Assembly (NCBI GenBank): GCA_040384445.1
Contig: JAZKJG010000004.1
Coordinates: forward strand, 1 to 55,107
Direction: 5' to 3'
Length of the DNA: 55,107 nt
DNA from: Patescibacteria group bacterium
GTDB lineage: Bacteria; Patescibacteriota; Minisyncoccia; Phycocordibacterales; CAIZLB01
Made by a program: the position numbers and the translations under genes. Under the pieces are notes generated by a model. The model ran no database searches. It was given only the letters and a program-made list of their open reading frames with translations, and was not told where the DNA came from. Positions 17,685 to 27,994 of the stretch are shown in pieces; the first letter of the stretch is position 1, and the number at the start of each line of letters is the position of its first letter.

Positions 17685-20600
17685 ATGTGCAGAACTTTCC
17701 ATTTACAAAAAGTAATTCAAAGCATATTCCTTATCTTAGGGATATTTTTTGTTACGCAAGGGAGTATTCAGGCGGCGCTTCCTTCACAAGCTTTTCGGTT
17801 TCAAGGTCAACTGTACTCTAGTGGTACACCTGTGGACGGTGCGGTCTCGGCAACATTCACTTTTTATGATTCTGAATCCGGAGGATCTCAAACTGGTTCA
17901 ATCATCTCAAAAACTATTCAGGTAAGTAACGGATATTTTGGCGCCGTATTTGACGATGTTGACACTTCTGGTGTTGATTTTAATCAAGCGCTGTACATTG
18001 AAATAAGTATCAATGGAACAACCTTGTCTCCACGCTCAGCTGTCTCATCTTCACTCATATCAAATAATACATTTGGTGTGTTTACGTATACAAGCACTCC
18101 GGCAGTTGGAAAAAAAGGATCGCTCTATTACAACTCAACTCTTGATGAACTCTTTGTCTCAAAAGGTACGAGTTGGGTTAATGCAGGAACATCTTCTTCT
18201 ACAGCACAATGGTTTAATAACGGAAGTGATTTGTACTTCACAACTGGAAATGTAGGAATCGGAACATCAACACCTGCTGACAAACTTTCTGTAGTTGGAA
18301 CTGTTCGAGCGACATCATTTGTTGGAGACGGATCACAGTTGACTGGAATTCCTGTACTTTCAACATCAAGTGTTCGAAGTATGTTTTCATCAACTGCAAC
18401 GGGGTTAACATACACAGCTGGAACTGGAGTATTCTCACTTGCTGCAGGTTATGTAATTCCACTCACTGCCTCAACAACTGAGTGGGCAACATTTTTCAAT
18501 ACACCATCATCTCAAATCATCGCAGGAACAAATCTTGCATGGAGTGGTAACACTATAAATTTTAATGGAATACTGCCAATCGCAAATGGTGGAACAGGTA
18601 CAACGACCACCCCAACAATTGGAAAACTTTTGCTAGGTAATGCTTCAGGTGGGTATGATCTGGTGGCAACATCTTCACTCGGAATATCTGGCGGTAGTGG
18701 ATCTCTCTCTGGTGGAACTAATGGATATCTTGCACGGTGGATAGGCACTTCGACATTGAGTAGTGGTTTATTTATGGACAATGGAACTGTTGCTGGAATT
18801 AATGCAACTTCTTCAAGTTACACGTTTAATATAAGGGGTACAGCTGGATTATTGCCTTTCAATGTTGCCTCATCTACAGGAACTTCACTTTTCAGCATTG
18901 CACAAAATGGAAATGTTAGAATTGATTCTGCAGATACTTTATATAAATTAAATGTTGGAGGAAATGCAGTGTTTGGAGCATCAAGTAAATTTGTGGTTGC
19001 AACTGATTATGCTGGTTTAGGGGATTTGCCTGCAGGATCATTTCTTGGTGGGGCAGGAGCTGCTAGCGGAAGTTTAGCTTTCGCACCATCTTCAGATGTT
19101 GGTGCAGTTGGTGCGAAAATGGTGCTTGCGTACTATAATGGTGCGTGGAAATCTGCATTAGAGTATGCCAACACATCAGGGGGATATACTACGCTTGCAC
19201 TACAAAAAGGAGGTGGAAATGTTGCAATTAACACAACAACAGCAAACCATCCACTTGATGTAAATGGAATTATCAATAGTCAGACAGGTAGTATCTATCT
19301 ACGAAGAAATTTAACAAACGATGCAAATAGAAGAAACTGGGGATTTCAAACTGAAGTATCTAACATTGGAGATTTCCAATTGCAAGTTTCAACTACAAAT
19401 ATTGGCGCCCCTACAACTGCAGTTCTCACTGCTCTCTTAAGTGGAAACGTTGGAATTGGAGTTGCAACACCACTTGCAAAATTGGCAGTCATTGGAACAG
19501 GTTCGAATGATATACTCAGTGTTTTGACGTCAGGAGGAACGAGTGCATTTGTAGTGAAGAGTACTGGATCTGTTGGTATAGGTATAGCATCGCCAGGGCA
19601 CACACTAGATTTAGGGGCTGTAAGTCCAACTCTAAACGTTGGGCTATATGGAGGTGGAGGTGCTGCAACTATTCGTATGTTAGGGGAAGCATTATTTTAT
19701 TTCTCTGGTGGATCAGTCGGATCAGCTATTGGAATAGGATCAGCTGACACTACAGCTGATTTCGACCTCGCATTCCATGCTGGAGGTTCGAACAGAATGT
19801 TTGTCGATGGGGCGACTGGCTACGTCGGAATTGGAACTTCAAACCCAGTTGCAAAATTACAAATTGGTACAGCTGGAAGTGTGTTGAGTAACCCTAACGG
19901 TATCTCAATTGTTGGTGGTGATTTGAATCTCGACAACGGGAGTGGTTCAACTGATAACTCTATTTACTTCCGATATCAAAACACTTTCTCAACTATTAAA
20001 TCTGATGCGGGTCTTACATTTCAAACAGGTGCCTCTCCCACAAACAGACTCTCAATAACTGCATTAGGTAATATAGGAATCGGAACAACAACACCTTCTG
20101 CATCACTCACTGCTTCAGGGACAATTAGATTTACAAGCTTAGGTTCTGGAGGCGCAAACCTTATTACTGACTCGCTTGGAAACGTAACCGTATCATCGGA
20201 CGAGCAACTCAAAGATATTCAAGGAGAGTTTAAGAGCGGCTTAGAAAAGATTTTAGGAATTAATCCTATATTATATAAATGGAAAGATACAACAGGATAC
20301 GATACTACAAATATATATGCCGGATTTTCAGCGCAAAATGTTAAATTAATGATTCCAGAAGCGGTTACAACTGATGCACGAGGTTTTCTTACTCTTGCAG
20401 ATCGTCCTATTCTTGCAACACTTATAAATGCAATAAAGGAGCTTGCGTTAAAGTTTGAAAATTTTGGAAAACAAGTTGAAACAGAAGAATTGTGTATTAA
20501 AAAGAAAGATGGAACAAAAGTATGTCTTACAGCGGAGCAACTAGAAACTGTTCTTGCGGGTGAGGGAATTCAGAATACTGTCGTGTCTACTCCTGCTCCT

Positions 20601-20789
20601 GATCCTGTGCCAACTCCAGATCCTGTTTTGGATCCTGAACCAGAAGAGGCTCCGGCCACATCTTCAGAGCCTGAAGTTGAAGAAACAGAAGTGCCTCCTC
20701 CTGCTCCTGTAGAAGAAATTGCTCCTGCACCAGCAGTAGAACCTGTACCTGTAGTAGTTGAAGAACCTGTGCCTGAACCTACGCTGTAG
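17685..20789 (+). CDS. Large secreted tail-fibre-like protein with C-terminal peptidase S74 (intramolecular chaperone) domain and Pro-rich tail
   Basis: It has a signal peptide. Five G-x-[VI]-GIG-T/V-x-x-P-x-x-[KS]L motifs start at about 18246, 19444, 19567, 19819 and 20068. The S74 pattern is SSDEQLKDI...INPILYKWK...YAGFSAQNVKLMIPEAV...LINAIKEL (about 20196-20470). A PxPxP tail spans 20586-20786. Confidence 0.85.
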   Translation: MCRTFHLQKVIQSIFLILGIFFVTQGSIQAALPSQAFRFQGQLYSSGTPVDGAVSATFTFYDSESGGSQTGSIISKTIQVSNGYFGAVFDDVDTSGVDFNQALYIEISINGTTLSPRSAVSSSLISNNTFGVFTYTSTPAVGKKGSLYYNSTLDELFVSKGTSWVNAGTSSSTAQWFNNGSDLYFTTGNVGIGTSTPADKLSVVGTVRATSFVGDGSQLTGIPVLSTSSVRSMFSSTATGLTYTAGTGVFSLAAGYVIPLTASTTEWATFFNTPSSQIIAGTNLAWSGNTINFNGILPIANGGTGTTTTPTIGKLLLGNASGGYDLVATSSLGISGGSGSLSGGTNGYLARWIGTSTLSSGLFMDNGTVAGINATSSSYTFNIRGTAGLLPFNVASSTGTSLFSIAQNGNVRIDSADTLYKLNVGGNAVFGASSKFVVATDYAGLGDLPAGSFLGGAGAASGSLAFAPSSDVGAVGAKMVLAYYNGAWKSALEYANTSGGYTTLALQKGGGNVAINTTTANHPLDVNGIINSQTGSIYLRRNLTNDANRRNWGFQTEVSNIGDFQLQVSTTNIGAPTTAVLTALLSGNVGIGVATPLAKLAVIGTGSNDILSVLTSGGTSAFVVKSTGSVGIGIASPGHTLDLGAVSPTLNVGLYGGGGAATIRMLGEALFYFSGGSVGSAIGIGSADTTADFDLAFHAGGSNRMFVDGATGYVGIGTSNPVAKLQIGTAGSVLSNPNGISIVGGDLNLDNGSGSTDNSIYFRYQNTFSTIKSDAGLTFQTGASPTNRLSITALGNIGIGTTTPSASLTASGTIRFTSLGSGGANLITDSLGNVTVSSDEQLKDIQGEFKSGLEKILGINPILYKWKDTTGYDTTNIYAGFSAQNVKLMIPEAVTTDARGFLTLADRPILATLINAIKELALKFENFGKQVETEELCIKKKDGTKVCLTAEQLETVLAGEGIQNTVVSTPAPDPVPTPDPVLDPEPEEAPATSSEPEVEETEVPPPAPVEEIAPAPAVEPVPVVVEEPVPEPTL

Positions 20790-20802
20790 ATCAAAAAAAA
20801 AG

Positions 20803-20838
20803 AAACCACCTCACTCATCCGGAGATGAGGGGTGGTTT
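20803..20838. terminator. GC-rich bidirectional hairpin terminator
   Basis: AAACCACCTCACTCATC-CGGA-GATGAGGGGTGGTTT is flanked by an A-run (20793-20802). Confidence 0.6.
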
Positions 20839-20843
20839 AGCTC

Positions 20844-20975
20844 CTACCGAGGTAAGAGCGGGAATGGTGCCGTTGAAGGCGGGGTAGAGTAAGTCGGATT
20901 TCCTCTTGGCAGTTTGTTGATTGCCAGGAGGATAATAATCAGAATCACTAGTCCTGCGATTTGTTGGCCGGTCAT
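20844..20975 (-). CDS. Candidate 43-aa membrane mini-protein (MTGQQIAGLVILIIILLAINKLPRGNPTYSTPPSTAPFPLLPR)
   Basis: I translated it by hand. It has a hydrophobic core, lies within a GC-richer islet, and ends in TAG. It is not in the ORF track (under 60 aa). Confidence 0.3.
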   Translation of the reverse strand: MTGQQIAGLVILIIILLAINKLPRGNPTYSTPPSTAPFPLLPR

Positions 20976-20977
20976 GT

Positions 20978-21046
20978 TCAGAATCCTCCATAGTAAAGGG
21001 CTGCAATCATGGCGGTAACAGAGGCGACAAAATAAACTTTGTTCAT
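20978..21046 (-). CDS. Candidate 22-aa hydrophobic mini-protein (MNKVYFVASVTAMIAALYYGGF)
   Basis: I translated it by hand. It is the first ATG downstream of promoter 21129-21158. Its TGA stop lies 2 nt before the next ATG. Confidence 0.3.
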   Translation of the reverse strand: MNKVYFVASVTAMIAALYYGGF

Positions 21047-21128
21047 GGGAATAGTTGGTATTTGAAGGTTGTATGGGCTACGTAGCTCATAATCCATTGG
21101 TTCCTAATAGGTCCCTTTGAATGTGTAT

Positions 21129-21158
21129 ATTATACCACATATAGGTTGTAAAAGTCAA
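21129..21158 (-). promoter_or_regulatory. Near-consensus promoter (islet promoter P1)
   Basis: On the minus strand, ACTTGACTTT is followed by 18 nt and TGGTATAATATACACA. The -10 lies at 21129-21134 and the -35 at 21153-21158. Confidence 0.6.
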
Positions 21159-21205
21159 GTATTGGCCCTGTATCTAGATATAAGCCCAAAACCCCTAAAA
21201 AACGC

Positions 21206-21234
21206 TTGATTTATCTTATAAAATTTGATATACA
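21206..21234 (+). promoter_or_regulatory. Candidate rpsB promoter
   Basis: TTGATT (21206-21211), a 17-nt spacer and TGaTATACA (21226-21234) are followed by the ATG 10 nt downstream. Confidence 0.45.
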
Positions 21235-21244
21235 TATACCTTAT

Positions 21245-21913
21245 ATGACACAACAAAAAACAGTAGACGCACAGGGTATGTTTGAGGCAGGAGTTCACTA
21301 TGGAACACTTCGATCTTCACGAAATCCTTCAGTAAAAAAGCATATTTACGGTACAAAAGCGAACGTAGATATTATTGATATTCAAGTTACTTCAGCTCAG
21401 ATCGACAAAGCTCGAGAGTTCCTACAGGATCTAATTGCAAACAACAAAACAATTCTTTTTGCTGCAAGTAAGAACGAGATCATGGATCTTTCAAAAACAT
21501 ATGCTGAAAGACTTGGAAAAATGTATATTTCAGGACGATGGGTTGGAGGACTTCTTACAAACTTTGAAATCATCCGAAAGCGAATCAATAGAATGATTGA
21601 GCTTACAGATATGAAAGCAAAAGGAGAACTTAAAAAATATACAAAGAAGGAACAATCTCTTATGGATAAAGAAGTTGCTCGACTTGAAAAACTATTCCTA
21701 GGAGTTAAAGATTTACAAAGTATGCCTGCTGCCCTTGTTGTGTTAGATCCTAAGAAAGAATTTATTGCAGTTGACGAAGCTATCGCTATGGGGATTCCAG
21801 TTGTTGCTATTGCAAACACAGATTGCAAAATTTCAAATATCACATATCCTATTCTTGCAAACGATTCATCACGATCTTCAGTTGAATACATTCTACATAA
21901 ACTATTTGCATAG
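21245..21913 (+). CDS. rpsB: 30S ribosomal protein S2
   Basis: MFEAGVHYG...VDIIDI...ILFAASK...WVGGLLTN...PAALVVLDPKKE..AV.EA..MGIPVVAIANTD matches S2. The track start at 21206 is a TTG upstream. Confidence 0.9.
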   Translation: MTQQKTVDAQGMFEAGVHYGTLRSSRNPSVKKHIYGTKANVDIIDIQVTSAQIDKAREFLQDLIANNKTILFAASKNEIMDLSKTYAERLGKMYISGRWVGGLLTNFEIIRKRINRMIELTDMKAKGELKKYTKKEQSLMDKEVARLEKLFLGVKDLQSMPAALVVLDPKKEFIAVDEAIAMGIPVVAIANTDCKISNITYPILANDSSRSSVEYILHKLFA

Positions 21914-21950
21914 TTTACATTTACAAAGATAACGTATAAAATTGCACCAT

Positions 21951-22484
21951 ATGATAACATCAGAACAAATTAAAGCACTTCGAGACAAAACAGGAATTTC
22001 TGTTATGGCTTGCAAGAAAGCTCTTGAAGAAGCAAACGGAGACGAAGAAAAAGCTCTTGAGGTTCTAAAAGAAAAAAGTGCAGAACAAGCAGCTAAGAAA
22101 GGAGATAGAGAGTTTGGTGCAGGGATCATCGAAGCATACGTTCACTCAAACGGTCTAACTGGATCAATGATTGAATTAGCATGTGAGACAGATTTCGTAT
22201 CAAACAACGCAGAGTTCCGATCAATGGCTAAAGATATTGCAATGCAAGTTGTAGCATTTTCACCAGCAGTTTTGAAGGAATCTGATGTTACAGATGAGAT
22301 TAAAGCTAAGGCTAAAGAAGACAATGGAGGAGAAGATGCAGATGTAGCCATGCTTTCACTTTTGACTCAGCCATTTATCAAAAATGGTGACTTAACAATC
22401 CAAGGAGTGCTCGACGCTGCTATGCAGAAGTTCGGAGAACGAATTGAGGTGCTTAAGTTTTCACGATTTGAAATCGGGAAGTAG
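21951..22484 (+). CDS. tsf: Elongation factor Ts (short form, 177 aa)
   Basis: It has the N-terminal UBA-like IKALRDKTGISVMACKKALEEANGDEEKALEVLKEK and the core IEAYVHSNG...MIELACETDFVSNN. Confidence 0.9.
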   Translation: MITSEQIKALRDKTGISVMACKKALEEANGDEEKALEVLKEKSAEQAAKKGDREFGAGIIEAYVHSNGLTGSMIELACETDFVSNNAEFRSMAKDIAMQVVAFSPAVLKESDVTDEIKAKAKEDNGGEDADVAMLSLLTQPFIKNGDLTIQGVLDAAMQKFGERIEVLKFSRFEIGK

Positions 22485-22531
22485 ATAGTGTATACTGTGG
22501 AAATGATTCACCAGGATCATATCCATTCGAT

Positions 22532-22607
22532 GCCGTTTTAGCTCAGCTGGTAGAGCAACTGTTTTGTAAACAGTAGGTCCCCAGTTCGAATCTGGGAAGC
22601 GGCTCCA
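22532..22607 (+). tRNA. tRNA-Thr (anticodon TGT), CCA encoded
   Basis: Acceptor GCCGTTT/AAGCGGC, anticodon stem ACTGT/ACAGT with loop TTTGTAA, and T arm CCCAG-TTCGAAT-CTGGG, ending in TCCA. Confidence 0.9.
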
Positions 22608-22671
22608 AAAGAAAAAACTCATGTACAGAAATGTACGTGAGTTTTTTTCATGCATAGTATATACTAGTTCT

Positions 22672-23265
22672 ATGTTTGGTATTACTCCACAACCTACTCG
22701 AAATACTCAAAACCCAAAAGAAGAAATCCGTCGTGGAATTAACTCAACAACATATGATAGTGCAGCAGCGGAGCGGATGAAGATGGATCATTTAAAAAAA
22801 GAAAGAGAGCGAAGAGAAAAAGAAAGAAACAGATTAACCTACGATAGTAAGAAAAGAGAATACGAGAGACTGGTGCAAGATGAAGAGCGAATGAAAACTG
22901 AGAGCAGAAGACTTGAGATGGAGCTTTCAAAATATTCACATGAAGTAGAAGGAGTTAAGTTGCAGGAAAAAAGAGAAACATCAGGAATACCTGCGCTTAA
23001 AAAAGAGGAGCTCGAGTTGGTGCAGAAGATACAAAAAACTGAAAGTGAATTACAGATGTTTAAGAATCGACATCAACGAGTTGTGCAAGAACTTACGCGA
23101 ATGAATCTTAATGATAGGAATTTTGCAGCTGATGTTCACAAGCGAGAAGCGTATAGTATTGGTATTAAATCAAAATATGACATGTTGAAGCAAAAACATG
23201 AAGATGCCATTAAGCAAATAGAAAAATTAAAAGTAGAAGTAGATCAACTTAAAAAAATTATATAG
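22672..23265 (+). CDS. Lys/Glu/Arg-rich coiled-coil protein, unknown function
   Basis: It is a long charged heptad-like sequence. I prefer the ATG at 22672, 8 nt after TATATA (22658-22663). The track start at 22621 abuts the tRNA. Confidence 0.6.
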   Translation: MFGITPQPTRNTQNPKEEIRRGINSTTYDSAAAERMKMDHLKKERERREKERNRLTYDSKKREYERLVQDEERMKTESRRLEMELSKYSHEVEGVKLQEKRETSGIPALKKEELELVQKIQKTESELQMFKNRHQRVVQELTRMNLNDRNFAADVHKREAYSIGIKSKYDMLKQKHEDAIKQIEKLKVEVDQLKKII

Positions 23266-23270
23266 AACAT

Positions 23271-24827
23271 ATGGCTAGAAGAAAAAAAGTGGCACTCATC
23301 ATTATGGATGGGTGGGGATATACAAATGATACAGAACATAACGGGATACATCAGGCTCATACACCGTTTTTTGATCATGCATGGAATACATACCCTCACA
23401 CACTCCTTGAGGCCAGTGGGTTAGCTGTGGGGCTGCCTGCAGGGCAAATGGGTAATAGTGAAATCGGTCACACTACAATAGGTGCTGGTGCGGCAATTGA
23501 TACTGATTTGGTAACTATTGAGAAGGCGATTATGGATGGAACTTTTTTTGATAATGGTGCTTTTTTGCAATTGATTGATCATGCGATAAAACATAAGAGT
23601 AAGATTCATTTAATTGGATTATTGAGTGATGGTGGTGTTCATAGTCACAATACACATGTGTATGCATTTCTAAAACTTGCAGCACAAAAAGGATTGGAAA
23701 AAGAACAGGTGGTGTTACATCTTTTTACTGATGGACGAGATTGTGCACCTAGAACCGCATCAAAATATTTACGAGAACTTATTTCGGAAATGGAATCTCA
23801 CAACATGGGAGTAATTGGAAGTTTTGGTGGAAGATATTTTGGAATGGACAGAGCCGGAAATCATGAGCGAGTGGAGATGGTGACTGATATTTTATTTAAA
23901 GGAAAAGGTAAGTCGGTAAATTTACATGAAATGAGTTTGCCTGATTTCATGGATGCACAATATAAAGATGTGGATCCAACAGGAAAAATTGATGAGTACT
24001 TGGAGCATTATTTGTATACACACCACAATGGTAAAGTTGGTGAGAAAGAGATTAAACACTATATTATATCTAAACACGATGGAGTATTTTTCTTTAACTT
24101 TAGAGCAGATCGGGCACGTCAACTTACTGTAAAGATTCTTGAGAAAAAAGAAGAGTTAGATTTATGTTTTGTGAGTATGACACAGTACGGAGATGAGATT
24201 GATACGGTTGTTGCATTTCCGCCTGCATATATTGAAACAAGTTTGAGTAAAGAACTTTCAGCAGTAGGAATTTCTCATGCTCATATTTCTGAGTCTGAAA
24301 AATTTCCTCACGTTACTTTTTTTATGAATGGACAAAGGGACGGTGTCGAGGTTGGTGAGATTCATATAAAGGTTGATAGTCGAAGTGACATTGCAACACA
24401 CGATCAGGCCCCTGAAATGAAAGCGAAAGAAATCGTTGATGCTTGTTTAGAGGTGCTTAAAACTCATGATTTTCTAGTTGTGAATTTTCCAAACGCAGAT
24501 GTTGTGGGACACACAGGAAATATAGATGCAATTATTAAAGCTATTGAGACGGTTGATGAACAATGTAAGAGATTGGTAGAAGGGATTATAGAGATGGATG
24601 GTGTTGCAATTATAACTGCAGATCACGGAAATGCAGAGGTTATGATTGATAAGGTGACTGGAGATAAGCATACGGCTCATACGATTAATCCTGTGCCGTG
24701 TATTGTTACTGAGAAAGGGTTGAATTTGAGAGATGGTGGAACGCTCGCTGATTTGGCTCCTACTATTTTACAGTTGTTTGATATTCCGGAGACTTCAAGA
24801 ATGAAAGGGAAAGGGTTGATGGTGTAA
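23271..24827 (+). CDS. gpmI: 2,3-bisphosphoglycerate-independent phosphoglycerate mutase
   Basis: LIIMDGWG...GNSEIGHTTIGAG...GLLSDGGVHSH...TADHGNAE are iPGM hallmarks. Confidence 0.92.
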   Translation: MARRKKVALIIMDGWGYTNDTEHNGIHQAHTPFFDHAWNTYPHTLLEASGLAVGLPAGQMGNSEIGHTTIGAGAAIDTDLVTIEKAIMDGTFFDNGAFLQLIDHAIKHKSKIHLIGLLSDGGVHSHNTHVYAFLKLAAQKGLEKEQVVLHLFTDGRDCAPRTASKYLRELISEMESHNMGVIGSFGGRYFGMDRAGNHERVEMVTDILFKGKGKSVNLHEMSLPDFMDAQYKDVDPTGKIDEYLEHYLYTHHNGKVGEKEIKHYIISKHDGVFFFNFRADRARQLTVKILEKKEELDLCFVSMTQYGDEIDTVVAFPPAYIETSLSKELSAVGISHAHISESEKFPHVTFFMNGQRDGVEVGEIHIKVDSRSDIATHDQAPEMKAKEIVDACLEVLKTHDFLVVNFPNADVVGHTGNIDAIIKAIETVDEQCKRLVEGIIEMDGVAIITADHGNAEVMIDKVTGDKHTAHTINPVPCIVTEKGLNLRDGGTLADLAPTILQLFDIPETSRMKGKGLMV

Positions 24828-24842
24828 AAATATACATAGAAA

Positions 24843-24868
24843 AGCCGGACCCTTTGAGAGGTCCGGCT
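24843..24868. terminator. Bidirectional hairpin terminator (gpmI / islet B)
   Basis: AGCCGGACC-CTTTGAGA-GGTCCGGCT. Confidence 0.6.
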
Positions 24869-24886
24869 GAAGTGATGAGGTTGCGA

Positions 24887-25192
24887 TCATTTCCTGCCTT
24901 TGAACGCTCCGAAGAGGTTCATTAACAAGAAGACAATAAAGACGATGGCGGGCATAAATCCTGCCAACATAAACATTGTAATAACAGTAGGGTCGGTGAC
25001 CGGGGAGTGGTCCACATACCGGGCAATCCAACCACCCCATAAAAGTGAGAGGATGAGGCCTGTCAGGAACATCATATGGAGTGGAATGCTGACTTTTTTG
25101 AGAGGCATCACCACTTTTTTGATGGGCACAAACCCGTGAGGCACAGTAGGAGGTTTACGATAAATCGGTGATTCAGGAAGGGATTCTTTCAT
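24887..25192 (-). CDS. Small 2-TM membrane protein (101 aa), unknown function, GC-richer islet B
   Basis: This track ORF has two hydrophobic segments (MMFLTGLILSLLWGGWI and ITMFMLAGFMPAIVFIVFLLMNLF) and a TGA stop. My hand count gives 47% G+C over 300 nt. Confidence 0.55.
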   Translation of the reverse strand: MKESLPESPIYRKPPTVPHGFVPIKKVVMPLKKVSIPLHMMFLTGLILSLLWGGWIARYVDHSPVTDPTVITMFMLAGFMPAIVFIVFLLMNLFGAFKGRK

Positions 25193-25229
25193 AGTTTTTA
25201 AGGTACCGAGTACGTTTTCGGATATGTGT

Positions 25230-25258
25230 ATTATACACTATTTTACCACTAAAGTCAA
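25230..25258 (-). promoter_or_regulatory. Near-consensus promoter (islet promoter P2)
   Basis: On the minus strand, TTGACTTT is followed by 17 nt and TATAATACACA. The ATG at 25192 lies about 37 nt downstream. Confidence 0.6.
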
Positions 25259-25291
25259 TGTATGGTTCAATTTTAAAAATTATAAATAAAC

Positions 25292-25325
25292 ACCCCTCAT
25301 CAGACCTTGTAGATCTGAGAGGGGT
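25292..25325 (-). terminator. Hairpin terminator after islet C ORF
   Basis: ACCCCTC(A)TCAGA pairs with TCTGAGAGGGGT, with one bulge and a 9-nt loop. Confidence 0.45.
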
Positions 25326-25353
25326 AGTGTGTTATGTGCTGGAGTAGGCAGTT

Positions 25354-25569
25354 TCATTTTCCTTTTTGCTTGCGGAAGCAATGAACTACGAATCCAAGAG
25401 TGGACAAACCGAGGATGGTGATCAGGGCGCCAGTAGTACCATACAGGAAACTGTTGTTTCCAAGCAGTGCTTGGTAGAGATAATGCAGGCCAACCACAGT
25501 AGTGGACAAGGCGGTAATGGTAATCGTAATGGCAGAGCGAGAAAAGAAGGAGACAATCTTTGTTTTCAT
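25354..25569 (-). CDS. Small 2-TM membrane protein (71 aa from the internal ATG), islet C
   Basis: The protein is MKTKIVSFFSRSAITITITALSTTVVGL...GALITILGLSTLGFVVHCF and ends in TGA. A promoter-like TTTTCA, 17-nt spacer and TGaTATTGT lie at 25605-25633 on the minus strand. Confidence 0.45.
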   Translation of the reverse strand: MKTKIVSFFSRSAITITITALSTTVVGLHYLYQALLGNNSFLYGTTGALITILGLSTLGFVVHCFRKQKGK

Positions 25570-25639
25570 GTTGCATGAGTGGGTTGAATTTTTGTTCCTC
25601 ACATACAATATCACATAAAATACAAAATGAAAACCCCTG

Positions 25640-25701
25640 AAACTACATATTAAAAAACCCATACTAGTCTCCGCGAGTATGGGTTTTTTAATATGTAGTT
25701 T
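25640..25701. terminator. Very long perfect inverted repeat / bidirectional terminator downstream of eno
   Basis: AACTACATATTAAAAAACCCATAC (25641-25664) is the exact reverse complement of GTATGGGTTTTTTAATATGTAGTT (25677-25700). The loop is 12 nt. Confidence 0.6.
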
Positions 25702-25708
25702 TTAGACT

Positions 25709-27991
<2,283 letters not shown>

Positions 27992-27994
27992 GTT

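Noticed and set aside
20815-21006. Track ORF 20815..21006 (-) as the product of islet A
   Set aside because: It is hydrophilic and low-complexity, starts far from the promoter-proximal ATG and runs into the terminator stem. The two hydrophobic mini-ORFs fit the promoter/terminator layout better, although neither is proven.
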